DNA from: Polyangiales bacterium
Lineage (GTDB): Bacteria > Myxococcota_A > Polyangia > Polyangiales > Polyangiaceae
DNA length: 46,773 bases
Assembly: GCA_038230375.1 (NCBI GenBank)
Contig: JBBRNJ010000068.1
Span: 1-46,773 of the forward strand
Direction: 5' to 3'
Numbering within the stretch: position 1 is the stretch's first letter; every line of letters begins with the position of its first letter. Position numbers and translations under genes: made by a program. The notes below the pieces were generated by a model, which saw only the letters and a list, made by a program, of their open reading frames with translations, had not been told where the DNA came from and ran no database searches. Shown one piece after another: positions 39,532 to 46,773 of the stretch.

Positions 39532-40512
39532 ATGAGCAGGGCGCGCGCTACCGCCTCCACGATCCTTCTGGGAGACGACGACGACGTCTCCCGCGAGGCC
39601 GTTGCGCGCGAGCTCACGGCTCTTGGCTACAACGTGATCGAGGCAGCGACGAGCGATCTCGTGATCGCCGCCGTCGCCCGCGGTGGCGTGGATGTGGTGC
39701 TCCTGGACGCTACGATGCAAGGCCAGCGGGGCCTTTCGGCGTGCCGCACGCTGAAGGGCATGACGCACGGTGAGTTCCTTCCCGTGGTCCTGTTCTCCGT
39801 GCGCACCGATCCGGAGAACCGCGTGGGCGCGCTCCTTGCTGGCGCGGACGACTGCGTCGACAAGCCTATCGTGCTGCGTGATCTCGCGCGGGTGATCGGC
39901 AAGCAGGCCACGGCGCGCGGCCTCTTTCGTGCATCCGAGGACGCGCGCCGTGCTCTGGAGGAGGCGCGCGCAAAGGACGAGCTCACGGGCGCGTGGGGCT
40001 ACGCTACGATCCGCACGAAGATGCGCGAGGAGTTCGCGCGTGCGGAGCTCCAGCACGAGCCGCTCGCATGCTGCCTGCTCGACGTGGACCATCTGGCCAC
40101 GGAGAACGAGCGCTACGGCCACGACGCCGGCGACGCGGCCCTCCGGCTCGTAGCGGATGCCATCAGGAAGAGCATCCGCGACTCGGATGCGGTGGCCCGG
40201 TATGGCGCTGACGAATTCATGCTCCTCTTGCCGGTGACGCACTTCGTGGGCAGTGTCCGCGTGGCGCTGCGCATATTGAAGGAGGTCTCCGACCGCACGC
40301 TCGACGTGGGGGGCGCTGCCCGACCGGTGTCGGTGTCACTGGGCGTTGCCTTGTTCCCGAGCCGTGACGTCCGCACGGAGCAGGCCCTCATCCTCTCGGC
40401 AGACCGCGCGCTCGCGCAGGCCAAGCGCGAGGGCGGCGGGCGCGTCTGCGTATTCCAGCAGGACGGCCAGATCTACACGCCGGGCGCGGACATCGGCGCG
40501 AGCCTCGGGTGA
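39532..40512 (+). CDS. Response regulator with a GGDEF-family domain (GADEF variant)
   Basis: REC domain (DDD, LLD..M, DKP), then DELTG, DVDH, N.RYGH.AGD, the RDSD I-site and RYGADEF. Confidence 0.9.
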   Translation: MSRARATASTILLGDDDDVSREAVARELTALGYNVIEAATSDLVIAAVARGGVDVVLLDATMQGQRGLSACRTLKGMTHGEFLPVVLFSVRTDPENRVGALLAGADDCVDKPIVLRDLARVIGKQATARGLFRASEDARRALEEARAKDELTGAWGYATIRTKMREEFARAELQHEPLACCLLDVDHLATENERYGHDAGDAALRLVADAIRKSIRDSDAVARYGADEFMLLLPVTHFVGSVRVALRILKEVSDRTLDVGGAARPVSVSLGVALFPSRDVRTEQALILSADRALAQAKREGGGRVCVFQQDGQIYTPGADIGASLG

Positions 40513-42068
40513 GCGCGCGCTCGGAAATCGGGCCTGGAGCTGCTAACGTCGCCGCCGACCTCCGCATGTCGGTCCGGTTCCTTCCTTCTGTTTCATCGTT
40601 CGCCACAAAGAGCCACGCGAGCCGCGTGGGTCTGGCGGTGCTCTGCGCGCTGAGCGCGGGGTTGGTCACCTTCGCCTCGGCACCCGCGCGCGCAGGTGAC
40701 TTCGGTATCGGCGACGACGACGAGGACACGAAGAACCCCAAGGCGCCGCCTGAGCCGAAGCTGGTCATCGCGACGATCAAGCCGCACGCATACACGCTGC
40801 CCGAGTGCCTGGCGCTCACGGACCGCAACCATCCGCAGATCTGGGCTGCGAAGGCGCGCCTCGCGTACGTGCGCGCGCAGCTGGACGAGGCGGTCTGGAC
40901 GCCGTGGTTTTCGGGCTGGAACGCCGGCGGTGTCGTGGGCTACCTGCCGACCATCGGCGGTACGGGCTACTACGGCGAGGCGCCAGTCACGATCCGCACT
41001 GCGACGAACTACCAGCCGTTCATGCAGTTCAACGTCAACGGTGCGATACCGCTCTATACGTTCGGCAAGATCACCTCGATCGCAGAGGCGGCGCGCGGGC
41101 AGGTCCGTTACAACGAATGGGACCTGCAGAAGCAGCGGGAGCTCGTGCGCATGGACGTGCGCCGCGCTTTCTTCGGACTGATGCTCGCGCGCGACGCCAA
41201 GTACATCATCGAGGAGGTGATCGGCTACGTCGACGGCGGCATCAAGAGCGTCAAGAAGAAGCTCGAGAAAGGCGACCCGAGCGTGGAGGAGGTCGACAAA
41301 CTCCGCCTCGAGATCTACCGCGACGAGATCCTCGCCCGCTCCGCCGAGGCCGATCGCGGCGAGAAGTTCGCCACCAGCGCGCTTCGCTTCCTGACCGGCC
41401 TGCAGTCGAGCTTCGACATCCCGGACGAACCACTCAGGCGCCCCGACAGACCACTCCGCCCCATCATCGAATACCTCGGCGCGGCACGCCTGTTCCGCTC
41501 GGACGTCAACCTGGCGCGCGCAGGCGTGGCGGCGCGCCGTTCCCTGGTCGACTTCCAGCGAGCAAACCTGTACCCGAACATCGCCCTTGGCCTGTCGGCG
41601 GCGTATTCGTACGCGCCCAGCGTCTCGTCGGGAACGGCCTTCACCGATCCGCTGAACGGCGGTCTCGCGGTGGGCATGCGGTGGAACCTGGACTTTCTGT
41701 CGCAGCAAGCGCGCATCGAGCAAGCAGAGGCGCAGCTGGAGGAGGCCCGCGCCTATGAGCGGCTCGCGCTCGGCGGAATCGCGGTCGAGGTCGAGAACGC
41801 GTACGGCATCGCAGTGGAGTCGAAGATCCGCGAAGAGAACTGGGAGCGCGCCGAGCGCCGGTCTCGCGAGTGGATCTCCACCGTGCGCGCCAGCATCGAC
41901 CTGGGCACGCGCGACGAACGCGCGCTATTGGAGCCGCTGCGCGCTTATGTGAATGCACGCGTGTCGCACTCGACCGCTCTGATGGACCTCAACAACGCGA
42001 TGAGCGATCTCGCGCGCGTCAGTGGCTGGGACGAGTCCGCGCCGAACCCGCCCGTGAACGTGAAGTAG
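40509..42068 (+). CDS. TolC-family outer membrane efflux protein (start may be the ATG near 40566)
   Basis: Signal peptide ending PARA-GD. Motifs TL.ECL......P.I.AA, IPLYTFGK, VRRAFF.L and LYPNI.L; two OEP halves. Confidence 0.85.
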   Translation: MSARSEIGPGAANVAADLRMSVRFLPSVSSFATKSHASRVGLAVLCALSAGLVTFASAPARAGDFGIGDDDEDTKNPKAPPEPKLVIATIKPHAYTLPECLALTDRNHPQIWAAKARLAYVRAQLDEAVWTPWFSGWNAGGVVGYLPTIGGTGYYGEAPVTIRTATNYQPFMQFNVNGAIPLYTFGKITSIAEAARGQVRYNEWDLQKQRELVRMDVRRAFFGLMLARDAKYIIEEVIGYVDGGIKSVKKKLEKGDPSVEEVDKLRLEIYRDEILARSAEADRGEKFATSALRFLTGLQSSFDIPDEPLRRPDRPLRPIIEYLGAARLFRSDVNLARAGVAARRSLVDFQRANLYPNIALGLSAAYSYAPSVSSGTAFTDPLNGGLAVGMRWNLDFLSQQARIEQAEAQLEEARAYERLALGGIAVEVENAYGIAVESKIREENWERAERRSREWISTVRASIDLGTRDERALLEPLRAYVNARVSHSTALMDLNNAMSDLARVSGWDESAPNPPVNVK

Positions 42069-42086
42069 CCTCGGCTGACGAGCGCC

Positions 42087-43436
42087 TCAGATATCGCAGG
42101 CCGCGAGCTGGAGGATGGCGAGGAGCTTCGCCTGGATCAGATCGAACTCGCGTAGCGCCAGGTTGATCTCGGAGTCGCGCAACGCGGATGCCGCGGTCAC
42201 GAGCTCTAGGCTGGTGCCGCGCCCTTCGAGGTAGCTCTTGCGCGTGAGATCGTCGGTGGTGCGTGCGAGATCTCGCGCCTCCTCGGCGACCTTGCGCTTC
42301 TCCTCCGTCACCTTCACGTTGCGCTCAGCTTGTGACAGCTGCACCGTTGCAGTGCGGCGAAGCCCCTCCAGCCGTAGGCGTGCCTCATCTGCGACCACGT
42401 TCGCGTCGCGGAGGGCGCCGTACCGCGCACCGCCGTCCCAGATGGGAACGTTGAGCAGGCCCTGGATGCTCCACGTGGGGTTCGGGCCCGCCCCCGTGTC
42501 GAGCGTGGTCGCCGCGAGCGTGCTGCCAAGGTTCACCGTGGGAAGGAACTGCGTCTTCACGTCCTTCACCTGGCGATCGGCGACCTCGATGTTGGCCTGC
42601 GCGACCTGGAAGTCGCTGCGCTCCTCGAGCTGCACGGGCCTGCAGATCGCGCGCGCGGTTGCCTCCAGGCCGTCCAGGCTCACGCCGCGCCGCACGCTGA
42701 TGGGCTCCGCGAAGCCCAGCGCGAGGCCGAGCGACTCGCGTGATTGTCTCGCGGTCTCGTCGCCGTTGACCAGAGTGGCGCGCGCGACTGCGACGTCTTG
42801 CTGCGCGCGGACCACGTCGAGTCCGGTCGCCGCGCCCAGATCTTTCTTCTGCCTCGTCAGCTCGAGGCGCTCGAGCGCGCTCCGCAGGCCGCTCCGATTG
42901 AGCTCCGAGATGCGCTCTGCCGTCACCACCGCGACGATGGACTGCGCGACGCCGAGCGTGATCTGCCTCTTGGTCTCGTCCAGCGAGGACTCGGCCACGT
43001 GGATGCGGATCTTGCTGGTCTTGATCGCGTTGAGCGCACGCAGGTTCACCACCGGCTGCGTGAGCACGATGCTTCCGTTCGCGAAGTTCTCGGTCGGCGT
43101 CGTGAAGGAGCCGAACGGCGTGGTCGCCTGGTTCGTGAGGAGGTTGTGCGTCAACGAGCCATTGCCGTTGATCTGCGTGAGCATGCCCGCGAGCGCGGAG
43201 CGCGACTGCGCCGCGGCGCGCTCCACATCCATCCGCGCCACCTTCAGGTCTACGCTTCGCGCCCTCACGAAGTCCACCGCCTCGCGCCAGTCACCGAGTA
43301 CGCGCGCCGCGGGAGGAAGGGGCGTGAGGTACGGGTCAGACACCGATGGCGGTGGAGGAACGGTGTCGTCGGCGGAGGCGAAGCTCGAATAGAGCGTGAC
43401 GACGAGCAGAACTGGGAGGAGACCCGCTTTTCGCAT
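42087..43436 (-). CDS. TolC-family outer membrane efflux protein
   Basis: From the ATG at 43436: signal MRKAGLLPVLLVVTLYSSFASA. Motifs LTQPV, G.ATGLDVVRA, FLPTV.L, VPIWDGG and Y.EG.GTSLEL. Confidence 0.88.
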   Translation of the reverse strand: MRKAGLLPVLLVVTLYSSFASADDTVPPPPSVSDPYLTPLPPAARVLGDWREAVDFVRARSVDLKVARMDVERAAAQSRSALAGMLTQINGNGSLTHNLLTNQATTPFGSFTTPTENFANGSIVLTQPVVNLRALNAIKTSKIRIHVAESSLDETKRQITLGVAQSIVAVVTAERISELNRSGLRSALERLELTRQKKDLGAATGLDVVRAQQDVAVARATLVNGDETARQSRESLGLALGFAEPISVRRGVSLDGLEATARAICRPVQLEERSDFQVAQANIEVADRQVKDVKTQFLPTVNLGSTLAATTLDTGAGPNPTWSIQGLLNVPIWDGGARYGALRDANVVADEARLRLEGLRRTATVQLSQAERNVKVTEEKRKVAEEARDLARTTDDLTRKSYLEGRGTSLELVTAASALRDSEINLALREFDLIQAKLLAILQLAACDI

Positions 43437-43519
43437 GGGTCTTACGTAGTCCCGGACGACCACGATCGCTTCAAAAATGAGCGCGGGCCGGGTATGGCGC
43501 GGTAGCGCGGGGTACGGCG

Positions 43520-44557
43520 TTACTCGGTCGCGTACCGCGTGTCGCCTCGGATGAGGTCGAGCTCGGTGCGCAGGACCTCGAACGCGGCGCGTACGCGCGT
43601 GGCGCTCACGCGGAACGGAGCCGCGACCTCACCGGCGGAGAGCGGGACCTGGTCGACGTAGATGATGGCGTAGGCGATCGCGGCTGCGAGCGCAGCCGGC
43701 TCTAGCTGGACGAGTTGGCTTCCCACGCGTGCGCGAACGTCCTTCGCGAGTGCCCTGGCGCGCGCGAGCTGCTTTGGCGAGAAGGGCAGATGGGCGAGAC
43801 CGCTCGTCAGGATCTGCTTGTTCGCGGGGTTCTTCTTGCCGGACTTGCCGGACTTGTTCGCGGGGGACGCCACGCGCTTGATCGTCGGCCGTGGGCGAAC
43901 AACGACAGGCTCCGCTGACTCACGGTCGACCCAGCGGATGAGGCGCGAGAGCTCGCTGCGTGACGGGCCGGCGACCGGCGATCCGGTGCGGCTCGACGCG
44001 CCCGCGGGAGAGCGATGGAGAAGCTTGCGGAGCGGGGCAAGCAGCGAGCGCGCTTCGGCGAAGTCGCCCAGCCGCGCGTGAGCGTGCGCGAGGCTTGCGA
44101 CGACGTCGGGGTGGTGCGGCGCGAGCTCACGGGCGCGGCACAGCCACGGCAGCGCCTCGCGCGGGGAGTCGAGGGCCACGTCGATCAGATGGCCGAGGTT
44201 GTGCGCGTAGAACGGATTCTCGGGCGCGGACCTCACAGCGCCTTCGTACGCGACCCGCGCAAACTTGTAGTGGCCCAGGAGCGCCTGCGAGAGACCGAGG
44301 ATGGCCCACGCACGGTCCTCACCCGGGTGCAGTGCCAGCACCTTGCGAGCGTGTATCGACGCACGCCATGGGGACTTCGCCACGAGCAGCTCCGCGAGGC
44401 GAAGATGGGCGAAGAGAGCGTCGTCGCTGCCTACCTCTGCGTGCTTCGCGAGGCGATGAAGGATGGGCAACACCCGCGAGGGATCGAACACCCCCCCCAG
44501 GGCAGTCTCAGCGTTTCGCCGCAGTCGATTTGCATCGTCCTCAGGCACGATGATCAT
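43520..44557 (-). CDS. TPR protein with a C-terminal TFIIB/cyclin-like helical domain (start may be GTG 44548)
   Basis: TPRs (AWAILG, YAHNLG, P.HPDV..SLA), a basic linker, then PAALAAAIAY...PLSAGEVA..F.VS...VR..F..L. Confidence 0.75.
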   Translation of the reverse strand: MIIVPEDDANRLRRNAETALGGVFDPSRVLPILHRLAKHAEVGSDDALFAHLRLAELLVAKSPWRASIHARKVLALHPGEDRAWAILGLSQALLGHYKFARVAYEGAVRSAPENPFYAHNLGHLIDVALDSPREALPWLCRARELAPHHPDVVASLAHAHARLGDFAEARSLLAPLRKLLHRSPAGASSRTGSPVAGPSRSELSRLIRWVDRESAEPVVVRPRPTIKRVASPANKSGKSGKKNPANKQILTSGLAHLPFSPKQLARARALAKDVRARVGSQLVQLEPAALAAAIAYAIIYVDQVPLSAGEVAAPFRVSATRVRAAFEVLRTELDLIRGDTRYATE

Positions 44558-44586
44558 TTTGTAGCGACATCAGATGGCTTTCGCAA
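44558..44586 (-). promoter_or_regulatory. Putative sigma70-type promoter for the TPR-TFIIB-like gene
   Basis: Minus strand TTGCGA (44586-44581), 17-nt spacer, TACAAA (44563-44558), within an AT-richer intergenic stretch. Confidence 0.4.
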
Positions 44587-44654
44587 CGCGCTCGTAAAGC
44601 CGAAAAACTTAATGTCGGAGAGCTTGATATTTCGCTCGGTGGTCGTGACCGCGT

Positions 44655-45989
44655 TCAGCGGAACGAAATGATTCGCTGCTGCGCTAGCTCGCAGAGAATT
44701 CGCAGCGCATCGAGCGGTGCCATGCCCGACACGTCGATGATCATCTCCAGGCTGGAGACGCCATCGATGTTCGACAGCACGAATCCCGCCCGATGATCGA
44801 TCGACAGCCAGCGCAGCTCACCGCTCGGCACCATGACGATCGGTACGCGATCCAGCGCGCCGAGCTTCGCCTTGTACATCTGCTCCAGGTTGTCCCGGCA
44901 GTTCTGCGCCATGTCGAGCGCTTCTTGATCCGCGCCGTCCTTCGCAAGGATGCTCTCCGCGCTCTCGAGCGCGCCCGTGTAGTCGCCGAGCGCAAAACGG
45001 TCGCGCATGTCGCGCGCTGCATCCGCCGGCTTGTCCGCTGGCTTGTCGGGCGGCGCGGCATGCCTCGTGGCGGCGCGGCTCGCGGACGTCTCCGTGGCGA
45101 TGGCGGCCTGCGCCGCGGGTGGCGCGGGCGCGGTGACGGGTGCTGCGGCTGCGGCGGGTGCTGCGGCTGCGGGAGGCCGCGGCGGTTGCGCAACGGGCGG
45201 GCGCGGTGGCTTTGCCGGGTGCGCTGGCGTGGGATCGGCAGTTCGTCGCGTCTCCGCCTCGACCTGTGGTGAGTCCTCGTCGAAGAGCGATGACACAAGC
45301 GCGTCCTCGTCGAGCCCCGACACGAGCGACCGTGTCGACGGGAATGACTTGCGGCCGGGGTCGGGCTCTTCGTCCGTAAGGTCCATACCGCCAGGCTTCG
45401 TGGGCGGAGGCTCCGGTACCTTCGGCGGGAGCGGCGGCGGACCAAGGCCGAGCTCCTGCGCGGTGTCATCGAGCAGGTCAAAGGTCTCGAGCGCGGGGGG
45501 CGGAGCTAGCTGCGGCGCCACGTTCCGTAGAGGCGCGGCCGGCGCTCCGGGAGGCGGCGTCGGCATGGCAGCGGCTGGGGGCGGTGCCGCTACCGGGGGC
45601 GGCGCCGTCGGTACGTCGTTCGGCTTCGTGACGGGCGTGGCAGCCGCGCGCATCTTGCTCGAGCGGCGACCGCCCGGCCTCAACCCCGTGGCCCCCGCGC
45701 CCGCGGGCGCGTTCACCGCAGGCGCTGGGTCGTCGTCCTCGAGATCGTCGTCTCCCCAGCCCTTGTCGAGGTCGGTGAACTCACCGAGCACGAGGGGAGG
45801 GGGCGGCTTGCTCGGCGTGCTGGCGATCTTCGGCGATGGCGCAGAGGACGGCAACATCTCCATCGACTTCTTGAGCGCTGCCTCGAGCTCCTTGGCGTTC
45901 GTCAACGTCGGCAACTTCTCGCGCGCCACGGGCACTCGCCCGGCGTCACTGCCGGGTCGTTTCCCGCCCTTGTCCGAGTTGTCGCTCAC
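44655..45989 (-). CDS. Hypothetical protein: long Pro/Ala/Asp-rich disordered region plus C-terminal TPR-like and winged-helix-like domain
   Basis: C-terminal FALGDYTGAL..AE.IL, then LSIDHRAGFVLSNIDGVSSLEMIIDVSGM..LDALRIL.EL....II. Confidence 0.75.
   Translation of the reverse strand: MSDNSDKGGKRPGSDAGRVPVAREKLPTLTNAKELEAALKKSMEMLPSSAPSPKIASTPSKPPPPLVLGEFTDLDKGWGDDDLEDDDPAPAVNAPAGAGATGLRPGGRRSSKMRAAATPVTKPNDVPTAPPPVAAPPPAAAMPTPPPGAPAAPLRNVAPQLAPPPALETFDLLDDTAQELGLGPPPLPPKVPEPPPTKPGGMDLTDEEPDPGRKSFPSTRSLVSGLDEDALVSSLFDEDSPQVEAETRRTADPTPAHPAKPPRPPVAQPPRPPAAAAPAAAAAPVTAPAPPAAQAAIATETSASRAATRHAAPPDKPADKPADAARDMRDRFALGDYTGALESAESILAKDGADQEALDMAQNCRDNLEQMYKAKLGALDRVPIVMVPSGELRWLSIDHRAGFVLSNIDGVSSLEMIIDVSGMAPLDALRILCELAQQRIISFR
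45137..45172. repeat. Exact 18-bp tandem duplication (PAAAAA twice)
   Basis: cgggtgctgcggctgcgg at 45137-45154 and again at 45155-45172. Confidence 0.85.
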
Positions 45990-46016
45990 GGAAACAGCTC
46001 TTCTTCCGGGCGCGTG

Positions 46017-46772
46017 TCAGGTCTTTGCGACCACGCCCTTGAACATCCTCTGGGTGCGGGACAGACCCTCGATCTGCTCCTTGATCGCTGCGAGGTCCTT
46101 GCGGTCGATCGCCTGCTTCGCCTTCTCGACGACGGCCTTCGCCTTGTCGATCGCCTCGCGGCCGAAGTCGCTGGATGCGACGATCTGCTGCACCTGCGGG
46201 AAGAGCTTCTCGATGTCCGCGATGAGCTTCTGGGCTTCCTGCTTCGCGGCCTCGACCTCGTCCGAGGAGCGACGATCGAGGAGATCGTCCTTCGCGTTCT
46301 CGACCATCGCCTTGATCTCGTCCTTGGTGAGGCCCGAGGTTGCGGTGACCTGGATCGACTGCTCGAGACCCGTCTCGAGATCCTTCGCGCGCACGCTGAC
46401 GATACCGTCGGCGTTGATCTCGAAGGTCACCTCGATCTCGACCTGGCCCTTCGCCGCGCGGCGAATGCCAGACAGGATGAACTCGCCGAGGAGCTCGTTC
46501 TCGTCGGCCTTCTGGGAGTCGCCCTGCATGACGATGATCTTGACGGCCGTCTGGTTGTCGCGGCTCGTGGTGAAGATCTTCTGGCGATGCGTGGGGACGG
46601 TGGTGTTCGCGGGGATGAGCTCCTCGAACACGTTGCCGAACGTCATGATGCCAAGGGCGTGCGGCGTCACGTCCAGGAGGATCATCTCCTGCTGGTCGTC
46701 GATGAGGGCGGCGCCCTGGATGCCGGCGCCGAGCGCGACGACCTCGTCCGGGTGGACGCCCTTGCACGGCTC
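46017..46772 (-). CDS. dnaK: Hsp70/DnaK-family chaperone, C-terminal part (5' truncated by window)
   Basis: The frame is open to the window edge: EPCKGVHPDEVVALGA.IQG, linker ILLDVTP, TSRDNQTAV, GQVEIEVTFEINADGIV.V.AKD. Short C-terminus suggests a paralog. Confidence 0.92.
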   Translation of the reverse strand, partial: EPCKGVHPDEVVALGAGIQGAALIDDQQEMILLDVTPHALGIMTFGNVFEELIPANTTVPTHRQKIFTTSRDNQTAVKIIVMQGDSQKADENELLGEFILSGIRRAAKGQVEIEVTFEINADGIVSVRAKDLETGLEQSIQVTATSGLTKDEIKAMVENAKDDLLDRRSSDEVEAAKQEAQKLIADIEKLFPQVQQIVASSDFGREAIDKAKAVVEKAKQAIDRKDLAAIKEQIEGLSRTQRMFKGVVAKT

Positions 46773-46773
46773 G

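Noticed and set aside
39532..40512. Hypr-type cGAMP-producing GGDEF enzyme
   Set aside because: Retains Asp in GHxxGD rather than the Ser/Thr signature.

Overview
High-GC, gene-dense bacterial window. The content (giant TPR solenoid, Ser/Thr kinase with a TPR-PEGA partner, Cys-rich lipoproteins, SxPP-rich proteins, DnaK paralog) points to a myxobacterium, probably Polyangiales-like; this is inferred, not searched. About 31 CDS are supported. Housekeeping blocks (dnaX-ybaB-recR-ridA, etfBA, nadB, 2-oxoacid dehydrogenase E1a/E1b/E2, mutY, partial dnaK-like gene) alternate with lineage-specific genes. I saw no rRNA, tRNA, CRISPR array, integrase or transposase. Best leads: (1) a TPR protein ending in a TFIIB/TFB-like cyclin repeat, downstream of a DnaK paralog and a TPR-wHTH protein; (2) an E1-alpha lacking its active-site His loop beside intact E1-beta and E2, opposite an unusual SxPP-TPR-wHTH regulator; (3) a candidate trans-envelope signalling module of paired lipoproteins, TPR-PEGA protein, membrane kinase (apparently CTG-initiated) and a PPC-repeat lipoprotein; (4) repeated leaderless-type promoter geometry; (5) a hierarchical ~76-aa / ~995-aa repeat structure in the 3817-aa TPR protein. 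All family calls come from motif recognition by eye.
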